Shown here in pieces: positions 12,101-22,252 of a stretch of 64,000 nt of DNA. Source of the stretch: Prasinococcaceae sp. CCMP 1430 (lineage: Eukaryota > Plantae > Prasinodermophyta); assembly GCA_013416795.1 (NCBI GenBank), contig RQSC01001252.1, positions 1 through 64,000 of the forward strand, read 5' to 3'. Made by a program: the position numbers and the translations under genes. Every line of letters begins with the position of its first letter. The stretch's first letter is position 1. The notes under the pieces are model-generated. The model made no database searches, was not told the DNA's origin, and was given only the letters and a program-made list of their open reading frames with translations.

Positions 12101-15086
12101 TGTGAGCCAGACCACCTATCGTACCTTCAGTGGCTACAACGCCCCTGATCCGCCTCAGATTGCGCTCGACCTGGCCAACGACCTCGTGCTGCTGTCCATG
12201 CACGGCTACCTGAAAGTGGGGAGCACGGCAAGTGCCGCCGTGGAGCGCACGCTTCGTCGCTTCCCGCAGGCCATCGCTCCCTCGGTCGCCCTCGCGCTGG
12301 CGCGGCTGGCGGACGCGCGTGTGCCCGCCGATGCTGCAGAAGGCGTGGTGGCCGGCGCGACGAACGTGCTACTCTATCGGTGTGTCGGGCGCTGGCTCTG
12401 CGCGACTGGCAACGGCGCGAAGCTTGACGAAGTCCTGCGCACCCTCTGCTTTGGCACGGCGCACCACGACCTCCCGCAATTGCAGGCAGCAATCCACAAA
12501 AAGGTGTCTGTGCATCTGGTCATGCGCATGCCGAGCGTGCATCCCGAGTGCGCCCATGTGGTCGCGGCAGGCGCCAATGCCGGCCTCCAGCATGTCGATG
12601 CCATCGCCGAGGACGACAGCATGCATACAGGCGATTGGTCGCTCATCGCAGAAAGCGTGGACGAGTCGGAGTGGGACAAGGAGGCTCAGGCCGCCCTGCG
12701 CGCGCTGCGCAACGGAGTGACGCTCGCGTGCGAGCGCGGCGATTGGTCGTCCTCCATGTGCGCGCACCTAGCGAGCTCGCTCATTGGCCCGGGCGGCGCG
12801 GGCACGAACGCGGCGACCGCTGCGGAGCAAAAGCAGGCGCTGCACTGGCGGTACGCGCAGCTCGCACACATGTTTCTCGCTGCGCGAGCATCTGCAGGAT
12901 ACACGGCCGCAGACGCGCGCGCGCTTGCGTCGCTGTCGTTGATGAACTTCGCTTCCAGAGAGGTGCCGCAACTGCGCCACATGGCGGCTGCTGGGCTCGC
13001 TATCTCCTTGCAACGTGGATCGGACATTGCGAAGGGTGCCGGTGACATCGCGCTCGCGAACGAGGCGGCCGCCGCGGCCGCCGCAATCGTGCGTGATGCA
13101 CTCCGTGCGTCGAAGGGCGCGCTTGCGCGCGCTCTCGTGCAATCGGTCGTGCTGGAGGAGACTGCCAGTGTGGCGCACGCGCGCACCGGCGGCGGGAACG
13201 AGTCCGCGTTCACACTCGGACTGGAGCTCATCGCGCGTGCCCACGTGTCCTCAAACCAGAACAAATTGGAGTCATCGTGCAGGGTGCCGGCAGGCGCCGT
13301 GGTGACGACGCGCTCCGATTTCGCTGAGGCGACGGCGGGGCTCTTCCAGCTCATCGCCAGCGCTGCGGGCCCGCGCTGCCTGATGGGCTTCGCCGCGCCG
13401 CTGGCCGAGCACCTTGCCAAATCGGACATTGAGCCCGGCACGAATGCAGCCGTTGCAACGATGGCCGCCGGGCTCTTGCTCTCAGCGCTCGAGGTGACCC
13501 TGGTCGACTCCGACGGCGGGGCCGACGCCGACGCCGCGCGCCGCTTCGTGCAGACGCTGGGAGCGGCCGCGCGCGATGCCGCCCTTCGCGGCGTGGGAGG
13601 GGCCGCTGCCGCGAGCGAGTGGAAGCAGTGCGTTAGGTACGCGCTCGTCTGGCAGGGAGGGGGCGGCGGCTCCGATGGAGGCGAGGGTGACGGCAGTGGC
13701 GCGGCATCTGCTGCTGAGGCCGTCCTCCTCGAAGTGTTGCTGACGCCACTGCCGAATGGAGCGGCCGCCGCCGCACACGCGCGCCGCCTGGGTCTAATCG
13801 CCGCGGCGCTCGCCGAGGTCGGCGCGCGCCCCACGCGTGCTCTGGGCTTCAAGCGCGCCGTGCTCGACGAGTTGCGCGGTTTCCTTAGGGCGCCGGGGGC
13901 GCACGCGGCGCGCGAGGAGGCGGGGCGCTGCCTCGCCCTGCTCCTCTGCTCGGTGCTCGAGGAGGATCCATCGGGCGGCGCTGAGGACACGAGCTGCTCG
14001 GAGCTCGCCACGGAGTGTGAGGCCACCCTGCGCGGCCTTGTCGCTGATATGGAGGGATGGGCCGACGAGATCGCTGCCATGGGCACGCAGGCTGGTGCGG
14101 AGAGCAACGGGGCCCGCATCAGCGCCGACGCGTCCACGAAGCAGGGGGGCGGCGCCCCCTCGGGCGGCAAGGCCGACGATGGCTCGGCGGACGGCCTCAA
14201 CGAGGAACAGCGCCTGACGCTGCAGCGCATCGAGGTGGTGCTCTTCGCCATGCGGACGGCGAGCCGCTGCGGACACGTGGTGCCCGTCGCGCCGGTCTTC
14301 GTGTCTGCGTTTCGATGGCTACCGCTCGTGGGTGCGGCGCCGGACGAGGACTTCAAGCTGGTGGCCGCGCGCGCGGCCTCGGATCTGAAGCACATCAACC
14401 TCCCCGAGGAGGCTCTGCGCGCGGCGGCGGCAGGCCTCGCGGCCACCGTCGCATCGGCGGCGAACTGGCGCGCGCGCGCGAGCGCGCTGACGCTCGCACA
14501 GCAGCTGGTGTTCCGCCGGAGCGCGACGCTCGGCGGTGTCGCCGTCGAGGCGCTGCGCGTCGCCGCGAGCGACGCGTGTGCCGACGAGCGCTCGGAAGTG
14601 CGCGAGCTCGCCGCGAGCAGCCTGTCGGGCATCCTGCGTGTCGGCGGCGGTGCCGCGCTCGACCGCGAGCGCTCGGCCGCCGAGGAGGCCGTGCGGGCGG
14701 GGACGCGCGCGCTGCGCAAGGCGCGGCGACGGAAGGCCAGGGAGGCTGCGGCTGGCGGCAGGGGCAGCGACAGGAAGCAGGCGGCGTCCGCCGCCTTGGC
14801 AGGGGCGCCCTTCGAGCGCCACGCGAGCCTGCTTCGCCTCGCGGCGTGCCTTCAGTCGCGCCCGTACGACGTCGACCCGTGGATGCCCGCGGCGCTCATG
14901 GCCATGGCCGACGCCGTCTCCGAGCCCGCGCCCGTGCGCGACGCCGTCAAGAACGCCTTCCAGGAATTCCGGCGCACGCACAACGACACCTGGGAGACGC
15001 ACGTGTTGCCCGCGTTCGACCAGGATCAACTCGAGGTCATCAAGGAGTGCGCCAGCGGGCAGGGCGCCGCCTCGTACTTCGTCTAG
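9138..15086 (+). CDS. PA200: Proteasome activator PA200/Blm10 (PSME4); exact start uncertain
   Basis: 1982-aa HEAT-like ORF. It contains PHQLNTAI...RPL and LPGLDANDSSKAM, and a C-terminal DUF3437-like segment (HASLLRLAACLQSRPYDVDPWMP...PAPVRDAVKNAFQEFRRTHNDTW). It ends in an HbYX-like SYFV. Confidence 0.92.
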   Translation: MRSRWLGAAGSATGERVLLALSSELKYLVEIGGEALRGGDLDALCSLCYEVVLARAAGRIRFLQIRYAGILVEVLRRRAEALTLVAPCWRAMVAALRAVALQPVGGFEGVSLTGQFSTTLLSIIKHSRRWFAAGACDEIVDELLGAAERTRQTGDGMEAFLLLGALLPTRGAGAVSSRWDSHVARVLALWRSASAGSQTWDNCAVALLGRIAKASALRVTGGHPHGIAADTWGRCVQLVCNASLSALKLPIGGASGGGGGSRAAPKSAMVLATRGSVQGNAAKVLVYTLGRAGVAAGGAAHCAGALAATASELEGGGAAAGAEDAMVVERGAEGDAGCCASLEHACMLIALIEQFAHPSNGGSWSSAIGRLLEDLGVHLLGRRALEASYGAHADPAVAESAPTPMPRQCELALAHVLLDLCERSMHSKSSSLRAGAASTLVRLSELLPRRVFPLIVETFDSALGSETSPHQLNTAIRLMGWSSRPLMLYTQTIPMAGGVCVTGPEALVAALSAVLPGLDANDSSKAMRSMTFICSALSACAPADRAVAKGGGALPLPWDEWSEELLTRVLLLMSHVDEGRGPPGREGESDAAALEDPGSFLMEDDSMFRTMLELVFHRMPRACRSRSYARLARWLLSKDLSGIPLEAGVMMSAAVYIDPTMAVEVVGKPLLEGATAAMRELAADAESGGEGGHSRSMRSHVKKAGADIEVLSMCLPFAGPALVPIGDTLLECLRLALRSPHVALSKTGSRLNMCVLSALSGCYPMDEYRCVAGPLADSTGCVFSRGDASALEASAPHWHTPNDAERALCDRIIADCLRKPLAEMRSFVGGEAPASRDAVRAVLLCVESTLGGLGNAIPDFDPVRGGGGGGPDARPLPQAPRVLVHSFASAALRTEAASTLHAARAFVCDRFGDDTVALKLLINAMDSCLNACANHHYEYGHGHSCWKHHDAQMFAVDTAMPGGFAGELGAPKPTWLMTEAVYLAYTFRVSQTTYRTFSGYNAPDPPQIALDLANDLVLLSMHGYLKVGSTASAAVERTLRRFPQAIAPSVALALARLADARVPADAAEGVVAGATNVLLYRCVGRWLCATGNGAKLDEVLRTLCFGTAHHDLPQLQAAIHKKVSVHLVMRMPSVHPECAHVVAAGANAGLQHVDAIAEDDSMHTGDWSLIAESVDESEWDKEAQAALRALRNGVTLACERGDWSSSMCAHLASSLIGPGGAGTNAATAAEQKQALHWRYAQLAHMFLAARASAGYTAADARALASLSLMNFASREVPQLRHMAAAGLAISLQRGSDIAKGAGDIALANEAAAAAAAIVRDALRASKGALARALVQSVVLEETASVAHARTGGGNESAFTLGLELIARAHVSSNQNKLESSCRVPAGAVVTTRSDFAEATAGLFQLIASAAGPRCLMGFAAPLAEHLAKSDIEPGTNAAVATMAAGLLLSALEVTLVDSDGGADADAARRFVQTLGAAARDAALRGVGGAAAASEWKQCVRYALVWQGGGGGSDGGEGDGSGAASAAEAVLLEVLLTPLPNGAAAAAHARRLGLIAAALAEVGARPTRALGFKRAVLDELRGFLRAPGAHAAREEAGRCLALLLCSVLEEDPSGGAEDTSCSELATECEATLRGLVADMEGWADEIAAMGTQAGAESNGARISADASTKQGGGAPSGGKADDGSADGLNEEQRLTLQRIEVVLFAMRTASRCGHVVPVAPVFVSAFRWLPLVGAAPDEDFKLVAARAASDLKHINLPEEALRAAAAGLAATVASAANWRARASALTLAQQLVFRRSATLGGVAVEALRVAASDACADERSEVRELAASSLSGILRVGGGAALDRERSAAEEAVRAGTRALRKARRRKAREAAAGGRGSDRKQAASAALAGAPFERHASLLRLAACLQSRPYDVDPWMPAALMAMADAVSEPAPVRDAVKNAFQEFRRTHNDTWETHVLPAFDQDQLEVIKECASGQGAASYFV

Positions 15087-17427
15087 AGCGAGCGCCGGTT
15101 GGAGAGAGGGGAAAGGGCCGTCGACATTGGGCCAGCGGCGGGCGAGTGGCGGCGATCGACCGCCACAGCGCCCGCTGTGGCGTCGCTCGGTGTGTACCAT
15201 AGGCGCGCGCCTCGCGAGCGCGATGGCGCCCATGTATTAAAGCACGTGTACATACACATGTGTCATGCCCCTGCCTGCGCGCCCGCCCTCGTGTCGCTTC
15301 GCGGCGTGCGCGCGCGCGCCGATCGGGCCGCGCCGGGGGTCGCCCGTGGTGCGCACGGAGGCGCGCGTGCGGCCGGGGCGCGCGCCCCGCGGCGCCCTCT
15401 GCCGCGCCTCTGGCGAAGCGTCGCCGAGGCGAGCTCCTTGCGCACCACCCCAAACATCTAATAAGGGTCAATACGATAGGGTTCACATCATCCAGCGTGC
15501 TCGTGCGCGTGCTCGTGCACCCCCACGCCCAGCGAGCAGGCCCACGTCCAGCCAGCCACGACGACGAGCGAGAGCACCCTCTCGCATGTGCGGGTCTGCC
15601 GCGGGTGTCCGACGAACGACGAGGAGTAGTGTCTTCCTCCCCCCCTCTTCCCCATCCTGCTCTCCCCCTCCCCTCCCCCGCCGCACCAACACGCCCCTCC
15701 CGCCCCCCCCGCACACACACATGCACGGCACCTCTGGGAGGAATCTCGATCTGCGCCCGGCGCCGTTGTGCGGCCGCGAGCGTGCCGGCGCCGATGCCGC
15801 CGCCTGCCGGCCGCACGTTCGCGCGGGCAGAGGCCTCCGCCGCGCAGTAAAGGGCACTTTTGGTGGGGGGCAAAGGCCACGACCGAAGGGCGGAGGGCGG
15901 AGAGCTCTCGCGTGTGCGCACACAGTCACACACTCACACACGCAGGCGCTGACGGAGTGTGCCGAGAGGGGGGGGGGGGGGGGGGGGGGGGGGGAAGCAG
16001 CAACGGCGGCGGCGGCGGCCCGCGGGAGCGCGATGGGCGACTGTGGCCCGTACGTAAAAACCGTCAAAGAAGACTCTCCCGTGGGTGATAGTATGCATGT
16101 TTCAAAGGTAAAAAGTGGAGCCGCTCGTCGCGCGGAGCGTGCGGTCCGCGGCGATTCGCGCGCGCGTTCCGTCGTTCGGCGCGCGCGCGCGCGCGCGCGC
16201 GTCGGGCAAAGTGCGGCGCGCGGGGGCTAGGGGTTGGATCCGTGGGGGGGCGCCGGGAGGGCGCCGGCTGGCGTCGTCCGCGGGGTTTTTACCTGGGATC
16301 GGATCCGAAAACGCGGCGCGGCGCGCGGCCTCGCGACGTGCGGCGCGCGGGCGGGCGGGGCGGCGCGCGGCGGGTCGTTTCGGTCAAGCCACACGTAGGG
16401 TTTATCGAAGCTCCCAAGGAGGATGCGATGTGACGGGTCGTTCGTGCGCCTTCGCCGGCGCAGGTTGAGGTTTGGCGCGCGCGCGCGGCGGGGAGGCCTG
16501 CGATATTTACGCGCGCGGACCCGCGCGGCGACCGCCCCAACCCCAACCTCTCCCAGGGCATTTCCAAGTCAAATTACATGCAAAAATGGGATCCATACAA
16601 ACCCTTGAATCGCATAAACCTCAAGCATGCGCCGGGACGCTTTCGCACCCGCGCGACCGCCACCGCGGGCGCGCTCCGGACACCGCCGTAAAAACGAGTC
16701 TCCCGTGGGTGCATAATCTGTATGTATGAGTAGAAACATGAGGCGTGAATTGCGCGCTTTGGGCTTTCGCGCGCGCGCGCTCGGCGGAAAACGGCGGCCC
16801 GGCCGGGAGAGGGGGGAGCGCCGGCGTCGATCGGCGCGGGTTCCGTTCCATCCGGCGTCTCGGGCGCCCATCCGCGAACAACGGAATCCACTTTACATGT
16901 GTTAATAAACTGATGACAGCGGAGATGGATTCGGTATTGGCGCGTGGGTTTTAGGGGTGGATTCCGTGTGCGGCGGAGGTGCGCGGCGCACGCAGGGCAG
17001 GGCTGCGAGGGCGCGCGCGCGCGCGCGCGCTCGCGCGCGGCCACACCGANNNNNNNNNNNNNNNNNNNNNNNNNNNNNNNNNNNNNNNNNNNNNNNNNNN
17101 NNNGCCGAAGCGGGGCCGTCCGCCGGCGGCCGCGCGCCTCTCGCGCGCGATCCGCGATGGGCTGGATGCCGATGCGTGCCGCGGCCGAGCGCATGCCGCG
17201 CGCGCATGCCCGCGGCCCGGGCCGATCGCTCTCCCTAGCATCCTCTCTCTCTCTCTCTGGCCGCCTCCCTTGTTGCTCGTCGCTGCTCGTTGCCGCCCTC
17301 TCAGCATGCCCTCGGCGCTCCGATGCTGACTCCTGCGCACCACTCTCTGCCCTCCTCGACCCCCACCGATTTTCAACCCCGCCATCGCTTCATCGCGTGC
17401 GTGTGCGTCGGGCGCGCGTGCGCGCAG

Positions 17428-17648
17428 GCGAGCACAAGTGCCGCCCGCGCGTGTCGGACTCCATGGCCACGCCCATCGTGCAGACGGCCACCTACACTTT
17501 CCAGAACACCGATGAGCTCATCGCCTACCAGGAGGGCACCTTCGGCTCGTACGAGTACGGTCGCTATGGCAACCCCACTTCGCGCGCGTGCGAGCTCAAG
17601 GTGCGCTCTCGCCGCGCAACGCGCGCGTCGCCGCGCAGCGCGCCCTCG

Positions 17649-17699
<51 letters not shown>

Positions 17700-18901
17700 A
17701 GCGCGCCCTCGCCCCCCCCCCCCCCCCCCCTCACTTTCCTTGCCTGCGTGCGCGTCCGGTTTGGCCATCGCGCGCGCGTCCGCGGTGTGCGCCCGCAGCT
17801 GACGGTCGGCGCTCGCGCTCGCCTTTGCTCGCTTTGACGCTCGCCCACGCCCACCCGCGTGCGCGTGTCTTCGCGCGATAACCCGCCCGCCCGCCCGCCC
17901 GCCCGTGAACCTCGCAGATGGCCGAGCTGGAGAGGGGCGAGGACGCGCTGCTGAGCTCCAGTGGCATGAACACGGCCACCACCATGCTCCTGGCGCTGGT
18001 GCCCGCAGGCGGGCACATCGTGACGACCACCGATTGCTACCGCCGGACGCGACAGTTCATCCAGACCATGCTGCCCAAGATGGGCATCACCGCCACCGTG
18101 CTCGATCCCGCGGACCTCGACGGCCTCGAGAAGGCACTCAAGGAGCACGACGTGTCGCTGTACTTCTCGGAGAGCCCCACCAACCCCTACCTGCGATGCA
18201 TCGACATCGCGAAGGTCAGCGAGATGTGCCACACCATCGGGAGCGGCAAGACCATCGTCGCCATCGACGGCACCTTCGCCACGCCGCAGAACCTGCGGCC
18301 GCTCGACTACGGCGCCGACCTCGTGGTGCAGAGCGCCACCAAGTTCCTTGCGGGCCACAACGACGTGCTCGGCGGCGCGCTCATCGGCAAGATGGAGCAC
18401 GTGGAGACGGTGCGCAAGCTGCACAACATCCTGGGCGGCACCGTCGACCCGCACGCCGCCTACCTCATCCTCCGCGGCATGAAGACCCTCGCGCTGCGCG
18501 TGGACCGCGCCAACGCCAACGCGCTCAAGCTGGCGCAGTTCCTCGAGGCGCACCCGAAGATTTCGAAGGTCCACTACCCCGGGCTGCCCTCGCATCCGGA
18601 GCACGAGATCGCAAAGAAGCAGATGACGAGCGGCTTTGGCGGCGTGGTGTCCTTCGAGGTCGACGGAGACCGCAAGAAGACCTCCGACTTCATCGACGCG
18701 TGCAAGATCCCCTACATCGCGCCGAGCCTCGGCGGCGTCGAGTCGCTCATCGAGCAGCCCGCGGTGATCTCGTACTGGGACTACACAAGCGAGGAGCGCA
18801 AGCAGTTCGGCATCAACGACAACCTCGTGCGATTCAGCTGCGGCATCGAGGAGTACGAGGATCTCGAGCTCGACTTCGCGCAGGCGCTGGCCCAGATCTG
18901 A
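17428..18901 (+). CDS. CGS: Cystathionine gamma-synthase; join(17428..17600,17918..18901); first exon(s) unresolved
   Basis: TPIVQTATYTF...YEYGRYGNPT, SSGM, TTDCYRRT, ESPTNPYL, DGTFATP, QSATKFLAGHNDVLGG (PLP Lys), LILRGMKTL, PSLGGVESLIEQP and LVRFSCGIE. Intron GTGCGC(17601)..CTCGCAG(17917). Confidence 0.93.
17649..17730. repeat. Twin poly(C) tracts inside the CGS intron, each preceded by GCGCGCCCTCG
   Basis: Direct reading: about 50 C then about 20 C, with a duplicated leader. Confidence 0.85.
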
Positions 18902-19164
18902 GCCGCGTGCCCTCCCGAGCTCTCACCGCGCCCGACTGCGTGCGCGCGCGCTTCCGCGCACGAATCGGCGCAGGGTCTGCCCGACGCCCCGACCCGCCCT
19001 CCCCGACCGCCTCGAAATTATTATCAATTTACCACTGCGTGGGCGCGCCCGCGCGCGTGCGTGCGCGCGCCCGCGCGTGTGTGCGTGCGCGCTCGGTGCG
19101 CGCGCGTGCGCAGCGGAGGGCCGCGCGCAGGACGCGAACGGTGTTGTGGAAGCCGCAGCTGGCA

Positions 19165-22077
19165 TCACCGCGCACTTCTGTCGACGGTGGCAGCTGGGAG
19201 CCGGGCGTCGCTCGCGCCCGAGACGGTCGTCACAATCTGAGGTGGGGGCGTGTACGCCCCAACCTTGTGGGCGCGCTGGAGCACCGCCGCCTCGGCGATA
19301 TCGAGCGCCTGTCGCACTCCCGTGAGGTCGCCCGGCGGGATGAGGTTGTGGCGACGCATGGTTTTGAGGAGCCACCGCGCGCCACGCCGCGGCGAGCCGC
19401 ACACTATGAGCGTGCCGCCACCCCGCTCGATGTTGTGCGCCAGTTGGGAGAGCGAGTGCGCACTGGTGGCGTCCATGCCAATGACCGAGGTCATGTCCAG
19501 CAGCAGGAAGCCACCCGGCCCCATCTCCTGGCTCGCCGTCAGCGCCGCGTTGGCAGCGCTGAGCGCCGCCCCAAAGAAGAGGTAGCCATCCAGCCGCAGG
19601 ACCCTCACCATGTGGCCGACCAGTGTGCACGCGCTGCGGTCGCCCCTGTGGCGCGCCTCAATGTCCTCCGAGATGTCCTCCACCTCGGGTTGCGACGCGC
19701 GTCCGTACTGGTAGATGAACTGTCCCGCCGCCAGCGCGAGGCCGATGCCCACACCAACCTCGACGTTCGTGAGGACGGTGGCGGCGAACGTCACCAGCAG
19801 CATGAGGTAATCCTGCACGCCTATGCGCCGCACCGAGAACACCAGCCAGTCGATGATGATCTCCAGGCCGAAGAAAACCAGGAGGCTGCCGAGGAAGAAG
19901 CTCGGCAGGTAGTTGACCATCGAAAACGGAATGAGGAAGAAGGCGAGCCCGCCGAGCATGATCACGATGCCGCACACACGGTTGCCGACTCCCGAGCGTA
20001 GGTTGAAGAGCGTCATCGAGAAGATGTAGCTGCCCGTGAAGCCCGCGCCGCCGAGTCCCGTCAGGACGTTGCTCACGCCGATGAGCTGAAGCTCCTTGTT
20101 GTAGTCCAGCACGCCGTCAAATTCGGACTGAATGGCGGCCACGTCCAGGCTCGAGCCGAAGGCCACGAGGAAGAAAAGTACGAGCACCTTGGAGAGCACC
20201 AGCCTGGGAAAGAGGCCCCAATGCACATCCCCCAGCGAGCTCACCCCGTAGAGCGTGCCCCAGACGTCCCAGAAGGGCGCGCTTCCTTCGGGAGCATCGC
20301 TCACCCAGTGCGAGGCACGCGCCTCGGCGAGGGTGTGGCCCGAGCCGAGCACCACCATGTAGAATACCGTCGGCACCAGGAGCAGCAGCGCGGGCATGGC
20401 CAACGAGCTCGACAGCCACGCGGGGAGGCGGTTGCTGAGCATGTACAGCAGCGCCGCGCCCACGCACAGCCCAAGCCGGCCGATGCGGCCAGGCTCGTCC
20501 ACGAGCCGCGCCCACTCGGCCAGCGAGCTCAGGTCGCGGTCGCCGCCAGCAGCCAGCGTCAAGCCGCTGGTGACGCAAAAGAAGCCCACGAAACCGAGGT
20601 ACCCGCCGACCACTGGCAGCGGGCAGCACTGCGCGATCGACGCCACGCCGCATCGCGCCACCAGATACAGCAGGAGGCCAACCATCGCTGTGGCTATCGC
20701 TAGAAAGATGAGTGCGGTGGCCGTCATGGCGCGCTTGTCCTGGTCCGTCATGTGCTCGACGCCACCGGCCATCACGGTGGCCTCGCGCGCCACTCCCGAC
20801 GCGATGGCGCTCAGCACCACCAACCCGACATCCTGCACCTGCCCCACTGCGAACGACATGCTCGAGCGCGAGGTGATCACCCCCTGGTGGACGACGCCCG
20901 CGAAAAACATCAGGCGCACGAGCAGCGGCATGAAGTCGGCGTAGGCCGAGTTGCGAAAGACCACGCTGGCGAAGGACACGACCGTCGGACACAGCAGCAC
21001 CGAGTTCACCAGACCGTACAGAACGCCGCGTGCGACCAGCGCGCCGCTCGAGGGCAGGCCGGCCTCGTGCGCGTTCACGAGCTCCTCGAGCTGCGACGCC
21101 GGGCGCCTTCTGCCGCGGCGCGCGCCCCTCGAGCGGCGCTTGCTCGCGCGCGGGGGCTTGCCGCCCCCTCCCCCCTCGTCGGCTCCTTCAGGCAGCAGCG
21201 CCGCCGTAAGGTCGGCGCCGTCGGCCTCCGAGACGTTCGCCAGCGACTCGCTGTCCGCCTCGCTCTGCGACCGCATGTCCGCGTCGGCCCACAAGACGTG
21301 GCGCGAGCGCTCTTGCAGCGGCGCAGCCGGTGAGAGACCATCGCCGTGGCTGTGCGCGACCGACGTCGCCCTGCTGCTGCCGCTCAATCCCTCGCGCTCG
21401 TTCGCGCTTTCGCGGCCGTCGCTCTCCGCTTCGGTGCCGCCCTCATCGTTCGCGCTCTCGTCGCCGCCGCCTGCGAGCAGCTCCGACGCCTGCTCCGCCT
21501 CGTGGTCCACCACCGCCTGCGACGCTACGGCGAGAGTCGCCGCCTGAGCGCCTTGCCGAGACACCGCGCTGGAGAGCGCGCCGAACGACGCTGTGCCGCG
21601 AAAGACCGCTGCGGGCGCCTCCGCTGCGGTGCTGACGCCGGCGGCCCTGCGCGCCCCCAGGCCACCGAAGGACGCCGCGCCGCTGAACGCCGCCGGGGAG
21701 GGCGGCGCGACGGATCTCCCCGCGCCTCCACCCCCAGAGGACGGAGCCGACGGGGCGCTGACGCCAAACGCGCGCTCCCGGCTGAGCAAGCCGCCGAACA
21801 TCTGGCCCACGTACGGCGACGCGGCGGGTGACGCCGACAGGAAGCCAGTCGCGCTCGAGCTGCTCGTGCCCACGCGGCCGAGCGACGGCGCCGCGCGCAA
21901 GGACCGCGCGTCGCTGTCGCTGCTGCTGCTGCCGTTCGCGAGCTCATCCTCGCCGCCGGGACCGCTGCCGCTGGGACCGCTGCCGCCGCCGCGCAGCGAG
22001 GGATTGCCACGACCACTGCTGCCGGCAGCCCCACCGCGGGCTCGCTCGCCGCCGCCACTCAGGTAGGCGGCCATCAT
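19165..22077 (-). CDS. SulP/SLC26 anion transporter with C-terminal STAS domain and long disordered N-terminus
   Basis: Many hydrophobic segments; PLPVVGGYLGFVG, FGSSLDVAAI, DYNKELQLIGVSN...GFTGSYIFS; STAS motifs LRLDGYLFFG and LLDMTSVIGMDATS. Confidence 0.9.
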   Translation of the reverse strand: MMAAYLSGGGERARGGAAGSSGRGNPSLRGGGSGPSGSGPGGEDELANGSSSSDSDARSLRAAPSLGRVGTSSSSATGFLSASPAASPYVGQMFGGLLSRERAFGVSAPSAPSSGGGGAGRSVAPPSPAAFSGAASFGGLGARRAAGVSTAAEAPAAVFRGTASFGALSSAVSRQGAQAATLAVASQAVVDHEAEQASELLAGGGDESANDEGGTEAESDGRESANEREGLSGSSRATSVAHSHGDGLSPAAPLQERSRHVLWADADMRSQSEADSESLANVSEADGADLTAALLPEGADEGGGGGKPPRASKRRSRGARRGRRRPASQLEELVNAHEAGLPSSGALVARGVLYGLVNSVLLCPTVVSFASVVFRNSAYADFMPLLVRLMFFAGVVHQGVITSRSSMSFAVGQVQDVGLVVLSAIASGVAREATVMAGGVEHMTDQDKRAMTATALIFLAIATAMVGLLLYLVARCGVASIAQCCPLPVVGGYLGFVGFFCVTSGLTLAAGGDRDLSSLAEWARLVDEPGRIGRLGLCVGAALLYMLSNRLPAWLSSSLAMPALLLLVPTVFYMVVLGSGHTLAEARASHWVSDAPEGSAPFWDVWGTLYGVSSLGDVHWGLFPRLVLSKVLVLFFLVAFGSSLDVAAIQSEFDGVLDYNKELQLIGVSNVLTGLGGAGFTGSYIFSMTLFNLRSGVGNRVCGIVIMLGGLAFFLIPFSMVNYLPSFFLGSLLVFFGLEIIIDWLVFSVRRIGVQDYLMLLVTFAATVLTNVEVGVGIGLALAAGQFIYQYGRASQPEVEDISEDIEARHRGDRSACTLVGHMVRVLRLDGYLFFGAALSAANAALTASQEMGPGGFLLLDMTSVIGMDATSAHSLSQLAHNIERGGGTLIVCGSPRRGARWLLKTMRRHNLIPPGDLTGVRQALDIAEAAVLQRAHKVGAYTPPPQIVTTVSGASDARLPAATVDRSAR

Positions 22078-22252
22078 GCCGGAGCCCTCAGAGCGCCACC
22101 AGCCCTGTTCCCCCTCACGCCGCCGTGCCCCCCTGACCGCGCTGCGCTCCTGCGCGCAGCAGCGCCCCTTCGCGCCACATCAGACACTTCGCGCGCCACT
22201 TCGGGTCAAATCAATAAAAGGGTCTGTAATCGCTCACGATCGCTCTCATTTT

